The position numbers and the translations under genes are program-made. A DNA stretch of 64,000 nt from Selaginella moellendorffii (taxonomy: Eukaryota; Plantae; Lycopodiophyta): assembly GCF_000143415.4 (NCBI RefSeq), contig NW_003314276.1, positions 1,910,107-1,974,106 of the forward strand. Direction: 5' to 3'. Each line of letters begins with the position of its first letter. Position 1 is the stretch's first letter. Shown here piece after piece: positions 63,236-64,000 of the stretch. Under the pieces are notes generated by a model, which did no database searches, was not told the origin of the DNA, and was given only the letters and a program-made list of their open reading frames with translations.

Positions 63236-64000
63236 CTATGGTAGCATGGGACTACCCGCCTCGCCTAGCTTATAATCAGCCCTCTTTTCGTCTGGAACAA
63301 AAGTCACCGGCACATATTGCTTCTCATTTATTGTGAGACTTAGCACCTCTGGCCGCGAGTAATGACCCACCACATCAAACTCAAACTTGGTCCTGATGAT
63401 CTCTCCCACGTCTGCTTGAAAGTTGATCGCGGTCATTAGTTCCGCATTCAAGCACGCAAGGAAGTGGTGACAACGTACCTAAATCGGCTGATAAAACGGC
63501 TTCGCCTTCGTAGTGTGGTCCCGCAAGAATGTCGCCGGACGGGGATATGATTGCACTACCACCAGCGCAGACCACCTTGTCTGGAGATGGCTCTTCAGCG
63601 AATCCCGCGAATGTGTAGTCTGGGCTTGGAGGATAATCCCTTCTCCGGCAAAACTGGTTGCAGGACAAAACGAAGCATCCGCCCTCGACAGCAATGTGCC
63701 GGATTGTGGCCTGCCAGGTTTCTCTCGAATCAGCTGTTGGTGCACAGTAAAACTCCACACCTGTACACAAAGACGGGTTAGAGCACACTAAGACAATCGG
63801 ACTTCCATTACCTTTAGCATATAATGCTGTTCGCAACAGAGGCATGCGGTTTTCCCAGCAAACAAGACCGCCGACACGGCCAAGCTCGGTTTTGTAAACA
63901 GGCAAAGTGGAGCCGTCACCATAACCAAAGATCAGCCTCTCGGCAGCGGTAGGAACGCACTTACGATGCTTCCCAAGGAAAACACCCTGTGAGTCGAAAA
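63236..64000 (-). CDS. NIT4: Nitrilase, NIT4-like; 3' part only, continues beyond the window
   Basis: LGKHRK..PTAAER..GDGST; [18 protein letters not shown]; [35 protein letters not shown]; [12 protein letters not shown]. Confidence 0.92.

Overview
Eukaryotic land-plant nuclear DNA. Very short GT-AG introns (~50-70 nt), tightly packed GC-rich genes, PLS-type PPR genes, a chromovirus and a MIR396 hairpin suggest a lycophyte such as Selaginella (inference). The window has three zones. (i) 1-15 kb is repeat-rich: a near-complete chromodomain Ty3/gypsy element with an apparent self-priming PBS and a gag/pol -1 frameshift signal, decayed LTR debris, and an intron-containing pseudogene resembling a beta-class N6A/N4C DNA methyltransferase. 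A PPR gene and a PTI1-like kinase follow at 15-19 kb. (ii) 19-50.6 kb is a patchwork of direct and inverted duplications carrying PPR, ORC6, RCL1 and tRNA-Ala fragments, two near-identical copies of an orphan His/Ala-Pro-rich membrane protein ORF, a truncated gypsy, a non-autonomous LTR element and an endonuclease-bearing Helitron-like element. (iii) 50.8-64 kb is a compact gene cluster: ORC6, eEF1B, RER1, a small TM protein, plastid RPI, MIR396 and a NIT4-like nitrilase. All calls come from manual reading; no database searches were run.
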